Virus record (IMG/VR): IMGVR_UViG_3300001598_000048
Coordinates: 9,446-73,445 of that record
Direction: 5' to 3' (one strand)
DNA from: a virus
Lineage: Duplodnaviria; Caudoviricetes
DNA length: 64,000 nucleotides
The position numbers were made by a program, and so were the translations under genes. This document shows positions 63,933 through 64,000 of the stretch, piece after piece. The notes under the pieces are model-generated. The model saw only the letters and a program-made list of their open reading frames with translations. It was not told the DNA's origin and ran no database searches. The stretch's first letter is position 1. Each line of letters begins with the position of its first letter.

Positions 63933-64000
63933 ATGGCAAACACTTGGTCAGCAAATGAAAAACAAAAACAATTTATGGACATTTTAGCAAAAGAAGAAAA
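63933..64000 (+). CDS. 5' part of an early gene; runs off the window end
   Basis: GGAGG RBS; MANTWSANEKQKQFMDILAKEE... Confidence 0.7.
   Translation, partial: MANTWSANEKQKQFMDILAKEE

Noticed and set aside
62331-64000. CRISPR array or integron interpretation of the early repeats
   Set aside because: Spacing is irregular, the intervals hold genes, and no cas gene or integron integrase is present. Reported as promoter cassettes instead.
1-64000. Prophage, diversity-generating retroelement, intron or intein
   Set aside because: No integrase, repressor, reverse transcriptase or splicing motifs were seen, and no host-like flank is present.

Overview
The window is about 64 kb of an AT-rich (roughly 25% GC by eye), lytic-looking, tailed dsDNA phage with siphovirus-like gene content. 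The supplied ORF track uses the standard code and fragments many genes. The fragments rejoin in frame if TGA is read as Trp (table 4): TGA sits at conserved Trp positions in RNase H, RuvC, NrdG, GIY-YIG and the tape measure protein, and no gene I called ends in TGA. Layout: a + strand nucleotide-metabolism and replication arm (217-28184: two DEDDh exonucleases, RNase H, UvrD, ligase, NCS2 permease, type II topoisomerase, SSB, SSAP, DnaB, primase, RecJ, DnaE); a BMP lipoprotein, two holin-like genes and RuvC (28211-31254); a - strand morphogenesis arm (31277-60837: tail fibre, 1858-aa tail protein, TMP, an inserted class III RNR operon, major tail, capsid, protease/scaffold, portal, TerL, TerS-like); then a membrane-anchored GIY-YIG gene, a C-tract junction and an array of repeated early promoter cassettes (62340-64000). 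Most striking signals: (1) TGA use is segregated by module, with 0 TGA vs 50 TGG across the core replication block and at least 20 TGA vs 2 TGG in the large tail gene, suggesting genetic-code switching as a translational gate; (2) the 4-mer CCGC/GCGG is roughly 10-fold over-represented on both strands and resembles the Firmicute Chi core; (3) the early region is a modular cassette array with GC-rich 62-bp repeats. No suppressor tRNA, release factor, integrase, CRISPR array or endolysin was seen. All counts are manual and all product calls rest on motif recognition, not database searches.
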